Origin: an uncultured Verrucomicrobiae bacterium
GTDB taxonomy: Bacteria > Verrucomicrobiota > Verrucomicrobiia > Limisphaerales > Palsa-1400
DNA length: 64,000 nt
Reading direction: 5' to 3'
Assembly (NCBI GenBank): GCA_963707025.1
Contig: CAVPOM010000018.1
Span: 1 to 64,000 of the forward strand
Below the pieces are notes generated by a model. That model was not told the origin of the DNA. It saw only the letters and a list, made by a program, of their open reading frames with translations, and made no database searches. The position numbers and the translations under genes were made by a program. Below, in pieces: positions 1-11,090 of this stretch (position 1 is its first letter; each line of letters begins with the position of its first letter).

Positions 1-88
1 ATCGAACCCTCATGACCAGCTTGGAAGGCTGGAACTCTGCCATTGAGCTACACCCGCGCCATTTATCCCCTTATTCTAATGAGCGCGC

Positions 89-117
89 TTGCCTTGTCAA
101 TTCCTCTGCGCCATAAT
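89..117 (+). promoter_or_regulatory. putative sigma70 promoter of pyrC (TTGCCT-17 nt-CATAAT), 9 nt before the ATG
   Basis: TTGCCT at 89-94, CATAAT at 112-117, ATG at 127. Confidence 0.5.
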
Positions 118-126
118 CCCGTCCCG

Positions 127-1538
127 ATGAATTTGCCGAAATCGCTTCTCGTCGCGGGCGGACGCGTGATTGATCCGGCCAATGGCCTGGATGCCGTGGC
201 CGATGTGCTGATTGTGGATGGAAAAATCGCCGCGGTCGGCCCCGCCGCCGCCGCGCAGGCCCCGCCGCACCTGGCCCGCTTTGAGGCCGGGGGAAAGGTG
301 GTTTGCCCCGGCCTGATTGATCTGCACGCGCATTTGCGCGAACCGGGGCAATCGGCCAAGGAAACCATCGCCACCGGGACGGCGGCGGCGGCGCGCGGCG
401 GATTTGCCTCGGTGGTTTGCATGCCCAACACTTCCCCGGCGATTGACAATGCCGGCACGGTCGCCCTGATTCGGGAGCGCGCGGAACGGGAAGGAAAGGT
501 CAATGTGTATGTGGCGGGGGCCATCAGCAAAAATATCGCGGGCGAAGAACTGGCCTCCATCGGTTCGCTCAAGCAGGCGGGGGTCATCGCCATCACCGAT
601 GACGGGCATTGCGTGCAAAACCATGAATTGATGCGCCGCGCCCTGGAGTACGCCGCCATGTTTGATTTGCCGGTGCTGGATCATTGCCAGGATTATTCGC
701 TGGTGACCGACGGGGTGGTGCATGAAGGTTACTGGAGCACGGCCCTGGGCTTGCGCGGCTGGCCGGCTGCGGGCGAGGAATTGATCGTGGCGCGGAACAT
801 CCTCCTGGCCGAACTGACCGGCGCGCAGGTGCATTGCCAGCATTTGAGCGCGGCGGGCAGCGTGCAATTGTTGCGCGCGGCCAAGGCGCGCGGCCTGCCC
901 ATTTCCGGCGAGGCCTGCCCGCATCATTTTACCCTGACGGACACCGTCCTGGCGGGCAGCGACGTGTTTTGGAGCAGCGACGGCCAAAATATCTTTCCGC
1001 CGGCCAGGGGGAACGGCCCCGCTGGCCCTCCTACGATACGAATTTCAAAATGAATCCGCCGCTGCGCACCGCGGCGGACCGCGCCGCCCTGATCGAAGGG
1101 TTGGCCGATGGCACGGTGGAGATCATCAGCAGCGATCACGCCCCGCATTGTGATTATGAGAAGGCGGTGGAGTTCGATTATGCTCCTTTTGGGATCATCG
1201 GGTTTGAAACCGAATTGGCCCTCTCGCTCATGCAGCTTTACCATGCGCGCCGGCTGTCGCTTTCCGACCTCGTCGCCAAGTTCACCGTCGCGCCCGCCCG
1301 TTTGCTGCGGCTGCGCCAGAAAGGCCACTTGAGCGTGGGGGCGGACGGGGACGTGACTGTGTTTGATCCCGATGAAGAATGGGTTTTCGATGTCGCCGCC
1401 TCGGCCAGCAAGTCCAAGAACAGCCCGTTTGCCGGATGGAGCTTGAAAGGCCGGGCCAAGGCGGTTATCGTGCGCGGCGGAGTTGTCTTTGCCGGGGAGC
1501 CCGTGGGCGAACAGGCGGCCTGCTCCGTTGCGCAGTGA
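127..1538 (+). CDS. pyrC: dihydroorotase, with apparent frameshift near 995-1015
   Basis: PGLIDLHAHLREPG, MPNT and EACPHHF in ORF 43..1053. It continues as YDTNFKMNPPLR, SDHAPH and SKSKNSPF in ORF 834..1538. Confidence 0.92.
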
Positions 1539-1590
1539 AGCAGAATTGACCGGAAAGGTCTGAATGAGTGTAACGCTGAGAAGAAACACG

Positions 1591-2031
1591 ATGAAAAGAA
1601 TTGTTTTATGTTGGCTGGGCTGTTGGATGGCTTTCCAACTGTCGGCCGCGGATTTGACCTGGCTGACGAGCGTCCCCGACGCCGAGGCCCAGGCCAAGAA
1701 GGAGAACAAATTGGTTCTTCTCAATTTTACCGGCTCGGACTGGTGCCCTAATTGCAAGGATCTGGACACCGAGGTCTTCTCGAAAAAGGAATTCACGGAT
1801 TACGCCAAAAAAAACTTGGTGCTGGTGGAGGTTGATTTTCCGGCGCAAAAAAAACAGCCCGCCAGATTGGTCAAGGCCAACGACGCCTTGAAAGACAAGT
1901 ATAAAATCATGGGTTATCCAACGCTCATTGTCCTCAAGCCAGACGGCACCATGCTCTTGAAGGATTTGGGCTATGGGGGCGGCGGACCCAAGGCCGTCAT
2001 CGCCAAATTGGACGAAGCCAGGAAGAAATGA
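1591..2031 (+). CDS. exported thioredoxin-fold protein
   Basis: Signal peptide, [10 protein letters not shown] (CxxC) motif, GYPT cis-Pro motif. Confidence 0.85.
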   Translation: MKRIVLCWLGCWMAFQLSAADLTWLTSVPDAEAQAKKENKLVLLNFTGSDWCPNCKDLDTEVFSKKEFTDYAKKNLVLVEVDFPAQKKQPARLVKANDALKDKYKIMGYPTLIVLKPDGTMLLKDLGYGGGGPKAVIAKLDEARKK

Positions 2032-2059
2032 GGCCGGTGGCGCCGGTGGATTGCCCTGC

Positions 2060-3209
2060 ATGAAAGCCATTCTAGCTCTGGAAGACGGTTCGGTGTTTCA
2101 CGGCCAGGGCTTTGGCGCGCCCGGGCAGGCCTGCGGCGAGGTCTGCTTCAACACGGCTATGACCGGCTACCAGGAAATCCTGACCGATCCTTCCTACAAA
2201 GCCCAGATCGTGACCATGACCTACCCGCTCATCGGCAACTACGGCGTCAACGATCAGAGACGTCGAATCCTGGCAGCCGCAGGTGGCGGGCTTCGCCATC
2301 CGCGAACTCTCCCCGGTCGTGAGCAATTGGCGCGCGCAAAGCTCCCTGGCCGCGTATCTGGAAAACAACGGCATCCCGGGCCTGCAAGGCATTGACACCC
2401 GCGCGCTCACCAAAAAACTGCGCGTGCGCGGAGCGCTCAACGGCTTCATCGCCTTCCCCGCCGTCCCGGAGGCGGAGGCCGTGGCCCGCGCCCGGAACTG
2501 GCCCGGTCTGGCGGGGGTGGATTATGTCAAGGAAGTCACCCACAAAGAATCGTTTCTATGGGACGAAGACGATCAGCGCAGCGCGGCCTTTGAGCTGGCG
2601 CGCGGCTCGCATAATTTCCAAAAGCCCTCTCCCTTGCCGCCGGCGGACATTCCCATCGTGGCCTTCGACTTCGGGATGAAATACAACATCTTGCGCCGTC
2701 TGCGCCAGCATGGTTTCCGCGTGCGAGTCGTTCCCGCCACCGCCACGGCGGCCGAGGCGCTGGCCTACAAGCCCGCCGGAATTTTTCTTTCCAACGGACC
2801 GGGCGACCCTTCGGCCCTGGGCTACGCCGTGCGGGCGGCGGGCGACCTGGTCAAGCACGGCATCCCCGTTTTTGGAATATGTCTGGGGCACCAGATTCTG
2901 GGCCAGGCCTTCGGAGGAAAAACCTTCAAGCTCAAATTCGGCCATCGCGGCGCCAACCAGCCCGTTAAGGATTTGCAATCGGGCAAAGTCGAAATCACCT
3001 CGCAAAATCACGGATTTGCCGTGGACCCGGCCACGCTGCCGGCGGAAGTGGTGGTGGACCGCATCAACCTCAACGATCAAACGGTCGAAGGGTTCCGCCA
3101 CAAGACCAAGCCGGTTTATTGCGTGCAATACCATCCCGAAGCCTCCCCCGGCCCGCACGATTCCACGCCGTTATTCGCCCAATTCCGCGCGCTGATCGCC
3201 TCAACCTGA
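2060..3209 (+). CDS. carA: carbamoyl-phosphate synthase small subunit, with apparent frameshift near 2257
   Basis: [29 protein letters not shown], then [15 protein letters not shown] and [12 protein letters not shown]. Confidence 0.95.
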
Positions 3210-3210
3210 G

Positions 3211-3393
3211 TTAAAATTCTGGAGCGATCAGAACATGGCAGAACGAGATGAAGGCGGTCACCCAGCCGAGGACCGCAAGGGAAGGTTGCTGGCGCCGCAA
3301 ACCACCGCACACCATCAATAAACCGGCCCAGGAAATCCAAAAAAACCAGATTCGGAGCCAACCCTGCCGTGGATCTTTTGTAAACGTGTCCAT
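3211..3393 (-). CDS. small putative membrane protein (two hydrophobic segments); start uncertain
   Basis: MDTFTKDPRQGWLRIWFFWISWAGLLMVCGG...VLGWVTAFISFCHVLIAPEF, downstream of the SUI1 gene. Confidence 0.4.
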   Translation of the reverse strand: MDTFTKDPRQGWLRIWFFWISWAGLLMVCGGLRRQQPSLAVLGWVTAFISFCHVLIAPEF

Positions 3394-3439
3394 GACACTT
3401 GACCATTCATCAGCCAACCGTCCGTTTGTCTTTGCGTTT

Positions 3440-3820
3440 TCAGGTGATTCCGGCCACTTGGAATCCCTCCTCTTCGAGGAAGGAGCGGATTTTGGCGGCT
3501 TGGTTGCCCTGAAGTTCGATGCGGCGCTGGCGGATGGCGCCGCCGCAGCCGCAGGTGTGGCGGAGTCTTCGGCCCAACTCCTCGATGGCAGCCAGGCTGA
3601 TGTGAGGCGCGAAATCGTCAATCACGATGACCACCTTGCCAGCCCGATGGGCGGTTTCGCGCCGCAAGACCACCCGGCCGGGTTTGGCCTGGCGGGCGGC
3701 CGGCGCAGAGGCGGACGGGGCGGCGCCGGGAGGCAGGCCTTCGCTGGACAAGCGGGAGAATGGATTATTCAACCCCGGCGAATCGTCTGGAACGAAACGC
3801 GGCTTATTTTTTTTGGACAT
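3440..3820 (-). CDS. translation initiation factor SUI1/eIF1-like (YciH family)
   Basis: RRETAHRAGKVVIVI...LRHTCGCGGAI...IELQGN pattern of bacterial SUI1 proteins. Confidence 0.85.
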   Translation of the reverse strand: MSKKNKPRFVPDDSPGLNNPFSRLSSEGLPPGAAPSASAPAARQAKPGRVVLRRETAHRAGKVVIVIDDFAPHISLAAIEELGRRLRHTCGCGGAIRQRRIELQGNQAAKIRSFLEEEGFQVAGIT

Positions 3821-3900
3821 GGCAAGAATGTTGCGGCGGCACCCAACAATCTATAGATTGAGAGCAAGCCGGGTTCAAGAAAAAGGGGAGAGACAAAACG

Positions 3901-3937
3901 GATTAAGATTAAGATGACGATTAAGATCAAGATTAAG
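3901..3937. repeat. degenerate (GATTAA)n hexamer tandem repeat, unpaired arm
   Basis: gattaagattaagatgacgattaagatcaagattaag. Confidence 0.85.
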
Positions 3938-3965
3938 GACGGGAGCGGCCCGGCGGCAACGAACA

Positions 3966-5593
3966 TTGATTTTGAACTCGGAAACCCTGTGTTGGCCGGC
4001 GCGCGGCGCCTGCTGGCGCGCCCTGGCCGTCTGCGCGCTGGTCGCGCTGGTGGTCTTCGTGCGGCTGCGCCTGCTCCAAGTTCCCCTGGAACGGGACGAA
4101 GGGGAGTATGCCTACGCGGGCCAGTTGATGCTGGAGGGAATTCCGCCCTACCAATTGGCCTGGAACATGAAATTGCCGGGGACTTATGCCGCCTATGCCG
4201 TGATGATGGGGCTGTTTGGACAGAGCCCGCGGGAATCCATTTCGGTTTTCTCCTCGCCAACCTGGGCGCGCTGGCGCTGCTCTTTTTTATCGCGCGGCGC
4301 CTGGCCGGGGATTGGGGGGCGATCCTGACCTGCGCCTGTTACGCGCTGTTGTCCCTCAGTCCGGGCGTGCTCGGACTGGCCGGACACGCCACCCATCTGG
4401 TGACGCTGGCGGCGCTGGGCGGATTTTGGCTGCTCTTGCGCGCCCGCGAAGAAGGCGGCGGCGCGGGTTTGTTTTGGAGCGGCTGCTGTTTTGGGCTGGC
4501 GTTTTTGTGCAAACAGCCCGGCCTTTATTTCGGGATGTTCGGCTTTTGCCTGGTGCTGCGCGACGCCACCCGGACCGCGCCTTTGGCCTGGCGGCCGTTT
4601 CTGGGCAAAACCGGTTTGTTTTCGGCGGGAATGGTCCTGCCCTTCGCGCTGACCTGTTTGATCCTCTGGCGTCTCGGCACGTTTCAAAAGTTCTGGTTCT
4701 GGACTTTCACCTACGCGAAAGTCCACGCCGGCATCTTGAGCGGCGGAATGGCGTGGGACCAGCTCGTCTCGTTTCTGGAAAGTTGCGGCTGGGTGAAATG
4801 GTCGTTGCCCTTGGCCGGGGCCGGCCTGGTCTGCCTGCTCCGGGAAAAAGACAAGGCGGACCGAAAGTTTATTCTCACCACCCTGCTGGCGTTTTCCCTG
4901 CTGGCCTTTGCCGCGGCGTTTTATTTCAGCCGGCATTATTTCATCGTCATGCTTCCCGTGGTCAGCCTGCTCAGCGCCATCGCGGTGACGGCGGCGGCGC
5001 AGGCCCTGGCCGGGGCGCGGCTGGCGGCGGTGCGTCTGGCCCCGGCGGCGCTGTTTGTCCTGGCGTGCGCGGGTTTTGTTGTCAAACATCGCGCCATCTG
5101 GTTTCAAATGAGGACGGAGGATGTTTGCCGGGCCACTTATGGCCGCAATCCATTTCTGGAATCGGTGAAAATCGGCCGCTATATCCAGGAACATTCCGCG
5201 CCGGATGCCCGCGTGGCGGTGCTCGGCTCCGAACCGCAGATTTATTTCTACGCCCACCGCCATTCCGCCAGCGGCTTCATCTATATGTACGACCTGGTGC
5301 AGTTGCACCCTTACGCCAGCCAATTCCAGCGGGACATGATTGGCGAAATTGAAGCGGCCAAGCCGCAGTACTTGGTGAGGGTGGATGTTTCCAGCTCCTG
5401 GCTGGCCTGGCCCGGCGCGGACAAAACCCTGAGCGACTGGGGCGGGAAATATATCCGCAATTTCTACGTGCGGGCCGGCAGCGTCTATATTTATCCGACG
5501 CGCAGCGATTACCTTTGGGACGGCGCGGCGCAGGTGGAAAGAAACGACACGGATTTCCTGGTGGACGTGTATAAGAGAAAGGACAACTTATGA
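3966..5593 (+). CDS. GT-C fold membrane glycosyltransferase (ArnT/PMT/GT39-like), with apparent frameshift near 4225
   Basis: N-terminal PLERDEGEYAY and KLPG in ORF 3966..4328, joined to multi-TM ORF 3914..5593 (LCKQP, RHYF, EPQIYFY). Confidence 0.75.
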
Positions 5594-6021
5594 AGATAGG
5601 CATCGGTTCCGATCACGCGGGCTTCGAGTACAAGGAAAAAATCAAGGCCTTCCTGCAAAGCCTGGGCCATGAGGTGCGGGATTTCGGCACCGACAGCCTG
5701 GAGCCGGTGGATTATCCGCGCTTCATCCGTCCGGTGGCGGCCGCGGTGGCGGCGGGCCAATGCGAGCGCGGCATCGTGCTGGGCGGTTCGGGCAATGGCG
5801 AGGCGATTACGGCCAACCGGGTGCGGGGCATCCGCTGCGTCCTGTGTTGGAACCTGGAAACCGCGCGCCTGGGCCGCCAACACAACGACGCCAACATGCT
5901 TTCCCTGGGCGAGCGCATGGTGCCGCTGGAACTGGCCCTGCAGATTGTCCAAGTGTGGCTGGACACGCCCTTCGCCGGCGGCCGCCACGCCCTGCGCATT
6001 CGGGAGATTGACGAACCGTAG
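5590..6021 (+). CDS. rpiB: ribose-5-phosphate isomerase B
   Basis: IGSDHAG, DYP, GSGNGE, HNDANMLSLG, GGRH motifs. Confidence 0.92.
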   Translation: MKIGIGSDHAGFEYKEKIKAFLQSLGHEVRDFGTDSLEPVDYPRFIRPVAAAVAAGQCERGIVLGGSGNGEAITANRVRGIRCVLCWNLETARLGRQHNDANMLSLGERMVPLELALQIVQVWLDTPFAGGRHALRIREIDEP

Positions 6022-6038
6022 CAGCCTGGCCGGCGGAC

Positions 6039-6461
6039 TCAGCCGCCTTCCCTGCGAGACCAATCTTCCACCGCAACGCCAGGCAGATTACAAAAATCCC
6101 GGACGTTGAGCGTGGCCAACGTCAGCCCATGTGTCCGCGCCGTGGCTGCGATGAGCAAGTCGAAGTCTGACAGGACGCGCCCGTTCACCCTGGCCCAAGC
6201 CTTAAGAAAAGCGAAATGCCGGGCCACGCCGGAGTCCACCCCCAATGTCCTCAACCGGTCTTTCAGCAATGCGTGATAAAGAGCGGTCAGTCTTTCGGAT
6301 TTTTTCAATTCCAACCCGTAAAGCAATTCGGCTTCAGAGATGGTTGAAACCGCCAGAGTGTCATCCCCCTGCGCCGCCCACCGTTCCTGGACCGGGAGCA
6401 GCGGCCTGGGCTTGATGGGCTGGCAATATACCGATGTGTCCAGCAAATGCGAAAGGGCCAC
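6039..6461 (-). CDS. vapC: VapC PIN-domain toxin
   Basis: LLDTS, SEAELLYG, FDLLIAATA, LATLNVRDF. Confidence 0.9.
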   Translation of the reverse strand: MALSHLLDTSVYCQPIKPRPLLPVQERWAAQGDDTLAVSTISEAELLYGLELKKSERLTALYHALLKDRLRTLGVDSGVARHFAFLKAWARVNGRVLSDFDLLIAATARTHGLTLATLNVRDFCNLPGVAVEDWSRREGG

Positions 6462-6463
6462 CG

Positions 6464-6724
6464 TTACTTCTCCAGCGGATTGCGCCAGGCTTGCCGGGAG
6501 CGGCGCGGCAGATTAAATTTCTCGCGCAGCGGCCCATGTTTTTTTTCCCAGTCCCGGCGGGCGCTCCAGACCGAGGAACCGGCGGCGTGGCCGGAGGGGA
6601 TCGGCTCGAGCCGCGCAATCGGGCGGCCGCGCCGCGTGATGACCACCGGCTCGCGTCGTTTGGAGACTTGTTCGCAAACCTCGGAGAATCTTGTTTTCGC
6701 CTCAAAAAGGCCAATCGTTGTCAT
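6464..6724 (-). CDS. Phd/YefM family antitoxin
   Basis: IGLFEAKTRFSEVCE...PVVITRRGRPIARL; directly upstream of vapC. Confidence 0.88.
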   Translation of the reverse strand: MTTIGLFEAKTRFSEVCEQVSKRREPVVITRRGRPIARLEPIPSGHAAGSSVWSARRDWEKKHGPLREKFNLPRRSRQAWRNPLEK

Positions 6725-6783
6725 TTCATCCAACCTACCAACCTGTTGGTTGATTCACAAGAGGATTCTTCCCGCCGCTTTGA

Positions 6784-7359
6784 TCAAGCGGCGCGCAAGA
6801 ACCGCATCCAACTGTCGCCGTGCCTGAGGATTTTGGTTTCCTCCCAGGTGGCGGGGACGCTCAAGGTGTCGCGCCGGGCTTGGCCCAGAATGAAGAGCCC
6901 GCCTGCGGCAACCAGCCCGGGCAAGGCGGGGTGGTCGAGCAATTGCTGCGCAAAGGAGGTGGAACGGCGGCCGGTGTTTTTTTCGCCATAGGGCGGATCG
7001 GCGAAAAGCAGATCGAATTGTTGACTGGCCGCGGCCATTTGGCCGATGGCGGCCCAGGCATCCTGCACCCGGAGGTCGAGGCGGCCGGGGGGGAGGCGGG
7101 CCAGTGCCAGGTTTTGGCGGATGAATTGGGCGTGGCGGCCGGATTTCTCGACGCAGACGGCCTGGATGGCGCCGCGGCTGAGACATTCCAGGCTCAACGC
7201 GCCGGTGCCGCCAAACAATTCCAGCACCCTGGCCCCGACGATGCGCGGGGCCAGGCTGTTGAAAACGGCCTGGCGGACCAGGTCGGGCGTGGGACGGACG
7301 GCGAAGCCTTTGGGGGCCTTCAAAATCGTCCCGGCGGCGCTGCCACCGATGATGCGCAT
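6784..7359 (-). CDS. rsmD: 16S rRNA m2G966 methyltransferase
   Basis: MRIIGG, RPT, LELFGGTGALSLECLSRGA, FADPPY. Confidence 0.88.
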   Translation of the reverse strand: MRIIGGSAAGTILKAPKGFAVRPTPDLVRQAVFNSLAPRIVGARVLELFGGTGALSLECLSRGAIQAVCVEKSGRHAQFIRQNLALARLPPGRLDLRVQDAWAAIGQMAAASQQFDLLFADPPYGEKNTGRRSTSFAQQLLDHPALPGLVAAGGLFILGQARRDTLSVPATWEETKILRHGDSWMRFLRAA

Positions 7360-7390
7360 CGCATTGCCGGCGGGCGGGCAGCCCGCCGCG

Positions 7391-8440
7391 CTAAATTCCC
7401 CGGCTGATCATGTACTTGACCAGATCCGCCACGCGGCAGCTATAGCCCCACTCGTTGTCATACCAGCTCACCAGTTTGAAAAAGCGCTTGTTCAACTCAA
7501 TGCCCGAGCCGGCGTCGAAGATGGAGGACGACTTGCAGTGAATGAAGTCCGAGCTGACCACCTCGTCGTCGGTCCAATCGAGGATGCCCTGCAAATAGGT
7601 CTGGCTGGCTTTCTTCATCGCGTCGGAGATGGCCGCATAGCTGGTCTCCTTGACCGTGCGCACCGTCAAATCCACGCAGGAGGAAGTCGGCACCGGGACG
7701 CGGAAGGCCATGCCGGTCAATTTGCCTTTGACTTCCGGGCAGACCAGGCCGACGGCCCGGGCCGCGCCGGTGGTGGAGGGGATGACGTTGATGGCGGCGC
7801 TGCGTCCGCCCTTCCAATCTTTTTTGCTGGGGCCGTCCACGGTTTTTTGGGTGGCGGTGTAGGCGTGGATGGTGGTCATCAGACCTTCCTCGATGCCGAA
7901 ACCCTCCTTGAGCAGCACATGCACCACCGGGGCCAGGCAATTGGTCGTGCAGGAGGCGTTGGAAATGATGTGATGTTTGGCCGGATCGTATTTATCGTGG
8001 TTGACTCCCATCACCACGGTGATGTGCTCGTTCTTGGCCGGGGCGGAAATGATGACCTTCTTCGCGCCCGCCGCCAAATGGCCCTTGGATTTTTCCCCGT
8101 CGGTGAACAGGCCGGTGCATTCGATCACCAGGTCCACGCCCAGATTTTTCCAGGGCAGGGCCGAGGGGTCCTTGGCGCTGACGACGTGAATGTCCCGGCC
8201 GTTGACCACCAGAATGTCATCGTCCGGTTTGTCCGGGGCGGATTTGCGCGAGGAAACTTCGCCTTGGAAGCGGCCCTGGGTGGAATCGTATTTGAGGAGG
8301 TAGGCCAAGTTGTCGGCCGGGACAATATCGCCGGCGGCGACCACCTCCAGGTCCTTGCCGATCATCCCTTCCTCGGCGATGGCCCGGAAGACCAGGCGTC
8401 CAATTCGTCCAAATCCATTGATTGCAACTTTGAGAGGCAT
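7391..8440 (-). CDS. gap: glyceraldehyde-3-phosphate dehydrogenase type I
   Basis: [30 protein letters not shown]. Confidence 0.97.
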   Translation of the reverse strand: MPLKVAINGFGRIGRLVFRAIAEEGMIGKDLEVVAAGDIVPADNLAYLLKYDSTQGRFQGEVSSRKSAPDKPDDDILVVNGRDIHVVSAKDPSALPWKNLGVDLVIECTGLFTDGEKSKGHLAAGAKKVIISAPAKNEHITVVMGVNHDKYDPAKHHIISNASCTTNCLAPVVHVLLKEGFGIEEGLMTTIHAYTATQKTVDGPSKKDWKGGRSAAINVIPSTTGAARAVGLVCPEVKGKLTGMAFRVPVPTSSCVDLTVRTVKETSYAAISDAMKKASQTYLQGILDWTDDEVVSSDFIHCKSSSIFDAGSGIELNKRFFKLVSWYDNEWGYSCRVADLVKYMISRGI

Positions 8441-8549
8441 ATTTCGTTCTTTCTTTCTATTGATGATGATGAATTACCATGAATTACCAATCCGATGATG
8501 GCATGTTAGCGGCGCGGCGTGAGAGGTCAACGAAAAATCGAAAACGAAC

Positions 8550-8577
8550 GGAGTGTTGGAGTGGTGGAGTGATGGGA
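8550..8577. repeat. three-copy octamer tandem repeat GGAGTGDT
   Basis: ggagtgtt ggagtggt ggagtgat ggga. Confidence 0.6.
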
Positions 8578-8601
8578 AGAACCAAAGCGTGCCTCCTTGA
8601 C

Positions 8602-8656
8602 GGTAGGGCGGGCAGTCCCCTGCCCGCCGCGGCGCGCACGGAGTGCGCGCCCTACC
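8602..8656. repeat. REP-like palindromic element, copy 1
   Basis: GGTAGGGCGGGCAGTCCCCTGCCCGCCGCGGCGCGCACGGAGTGCGCGCCCTACC; near-identical copies at 16421 and 20246, variant at 40193. Confidence 0.85.
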
Positions 8657-9303
8657 ATCCAAGACGAAGAGATTGCAAAATCATGGAAGATGCCTCAGGG
8701 AAAAACCAGGCGGATGGAGGGAGAGGGCGGGACGTGGCCGGGGGGCCAGTTGGTGGTTGGCTCTGCGTTGCGCAGCCAATTTTGGTTGAAACTGGCGCTG
8801 GATACTTGTTCAACACTGCCGTCACCGAGCAAAATATTTCCAGCGCCTACAGTGTTCCCTGCCGAATGCATCTTCAAGGACCATGAAACGGGGCCAGAGA
8901 TTGGGAGGGCCACATCGTTGCCTTTGCCGCTTTTGGAGGAGAAGCCGTATTCGGAATCCGGCACGGTTCCAGGGCCTAGATTGCGATCGCCGCCTTGGAT
9001 TGACTGAGGATAGTTGTCTTTAGCGCTCACCCCCACAAAGTAAGAGAGGTGAGTGTTGTCCTTGAAATTTGCGCCGAAATCCGCAGCGGGCAACCGTTCG
9101 TCACTAGGACAGACGACCAGTCTCGGAGATTGGCCCAGGTCGTTGCTCAGGATCGCGAAGTTGGTCCAGCAGATGGCGCCTTGCTCAGCCTTGGTGAGGA
9201 AATCTCCCCATCCGCCTTTGGCCGCCGTCTGCTCGGCGGGGTTGCGACCGCCGTTATCCAGCGCCCAGAGGCGATAAGCCGTGCCTATCTCTTTAAGTTT
9301 ATT

Positions 9304-10754
9304 CACACCCGTCTCATAAGGGGAAAAGTCTGGTGCTGACCTGTTCATTTGCAAGGGTTTAATTGGTCTTCGGGGTAAAATGAGATTTTGATTTTTCCGA
9401 GTTTGGCTTTTGGGTTTGGTATGCGCCTGTTTGGGCGCGTGTGCTGTCCCATAGCTTTATTGGAAGCCGGGGAAATACGCCTGCTCGGGCCGCGCCAAGT
9501 GGCGAAAGCTGCCGCCTGCTGTCCCATAGCACGCCAGCAAATTGAGCAGATCATATTTCTCCCAGAGCGCCGCCCGCAAAATCGTGAACAGCCGGGTGAA
9601 GCTGTGCGCCCAGTTGGAGAGGTGACTGAGGTAGCGCAACAGCACGTAGGTCAACAGCGCCGTCCACACCTGCCAGCGCACGGCGTTGGCGTTGTGGCCC
9701 AGAAAATCCGCCAACTGCAAGGTCTGCTTGATTTGTTTGAAGAAGACTTCGATCTGCCAGCGGCAGCGGTAAAGGTCGGCCACGCTGCGCGGACTCCACT
9801 CCAGGTTGTTGGTCAGGAAGGTCATTTCCCGTTCCTCTCCATCAATCTCGACCAGCGCCACCACCCGGCGCATCAACTCCGGCGCGGGTTTGTTCTCGTT
9901 GCTCAGGACGATCACTTCGTCGCGCAAAATCTTCGGGTCTCTGGAGGCGGGCATTTTCCGCACCACCTCATAGCCCATGTTCTCCTTGGCCCGCGTCACC
10001 CAAAAGACCCCGCGCCCGTCCAAATCCCGCAAGTGGCCGAAGTCCACATAACCCTTGTCGAACAAGGCGATTTCGCCGCTCTTCAAGTCGGCGCACAGTT
10101 CCCGCGCCCGTCGGTTGTCGTGCTCGGCGGCAGTGTCCACAATGACAAAACCGGGCAAAAGATTCTGCAGATTCAACCGCATATGGGTTTTGGCGGCGGC
10201 CTTGCGCCGGCGGTGCTTGGCCCAGTCCAGGCAGTTGGCCACCAGTTCCATGGTCGTGCTATCAATCACATGGATGGGCATCTTGAAACGGAAGGCGGGG
10301 CCACGGCGCTGGCCCGCGGCAAAGCCGGGCGTCTGTGCTTTCAAATGCTCCAGGACCCGCCAGAAGAGTTGTTCGGCCATCTGGGCCGGACGCTCCCGGT
10401 TGGCGTGGGAGAGGCCGTTGCGGCTGGGGGCGCTGGCGCCGCGCAAAGTGGACAGCGGCCCGGAATGCAATTGCAGCGAGTCGCACAGATCGTTGAGTCC
10501 GATGCAATGGGTGAGTTGCGCGTCCAGCAAACTGACCGTGTGACTCCACGGACTGAAGGTGCGCGACTTATCCAGAGCCCCGGTCTCCCGCGCTATTTTG
10601 GAGACTTCATGCGCAGGAATGAGATTGCAAATCTGGCGCAAAACGTTAAACCGGGACCGTGTTGGTTTGATTTTTTTGTTTTTCATGCCTGCCTTGTGGC
10701 AGGTTCAAATGGTCAAGCCAACACTCTTTTCCAATTTCCTGTGGGATGGCTGTG
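9304..10754 (-). mobile_element. IS4-family insertion sequence, 1451 bp, 9-bp TSD AAGTTTATT
   Basis: TSD at 9295-9303 and 10755-10763; imperfect terminal IRs CACACCCGTCTCATAAGG / CACAGCCATCCCACAGG. Confidence 0.9.
9457..10686 (-). CDS. IS4-family DDE transposase (DUF4372-like N-terminus)
   Basis: VIDST, FDKGY, YRCRWQIEVFFKQIKQ (YREK signature). Confidence 0.93.
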   Translation of the reverse strand: MKNKKIKPTRSRFNVLRQICNLIPAHEVSKIARETGALDKSRTFSPWSHTVSLLDAQLTHCIGLNDLCDSLQLHSGPLSTLRGASAPSRNGLSHANRERPAQMAEQLFWRVLEHLKAQTPGFAAGQRRGPAFRFKMPIHVIDSTTMELVANCLDWAKHRRRKAAAKTHMRLNLQNLLPGFVIVDTAAEHDNRRARELCADLKSGEIALFDKGYVDFGHLRDLDGRGVFWVTRAKENMGYEVVRKMPASRDPKILRDEVIVLSNENKPAPELMRRVVALVEIDGEEREMTFLTNNLEWSPRSVADLYRCRWQIEVFFKQIKQTLQLADFLGHNANAVRWQVWTALLTYVLLRYLSHLSNWAHSFTRLFTILRAALWEKYDLLNLLACYGTAGGSFRHLARPEQAYFPGFQ

Positions 10755-10982
10755 AAGTTTATTCATGCACGAAGGCCCCCCTCCAGACTTCGGCCGCCGT
10801 AAGGCCGGCAAAAGCATTGAAGCCAGCACCCCGATGACCACAATCACGAGGAGCAATTCAATGATCGTCATTGCGGACATATCGCGCATCGCTTTTTGTT
10901 TCATACAGCCTCCAACAACAAGTCAAACACATTTCGCGGCGGAAGGCAAGGCGATAATGACAATAGGAAAAACTCCCAATAT

Positions 10983-11083
10983 CCAATGACAAATTCTCAA
11001 TGGCCAATTCTCAATTTCCGTCCGTGAGCATTGCCTCGCCGTTTCTCAGTATTGAAAATTGGCGATTGAAAATTGGTCATTGG
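10983..11083. repeat. inverted pair of heptamer-based tandem repeats (33-bp arms)
   Basis: ccaatgacaaattctcaatggccaattctcaat ... attgaaaattggcgattgaaaattggtcattgg. Confidence 0.8.
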
Positions 11084-11090
11084 TCATCTT

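Larger units (their letters stand above)
8695..10904 (-). pseudogene. prepilin-type N-methylation / H-X9-DG domain gene interrupted by an IS4 element
   Basis: N-part MTIIELLLVIVVIGVLASMLLPAL...SCMNKL (10755-10904) reads in frame into KEIGTAYRLWALD...MHSAGNTVGAGNILLGDGSV (8695-9294) once the IS and one TSD copy are removed. Confidence 0.88.
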
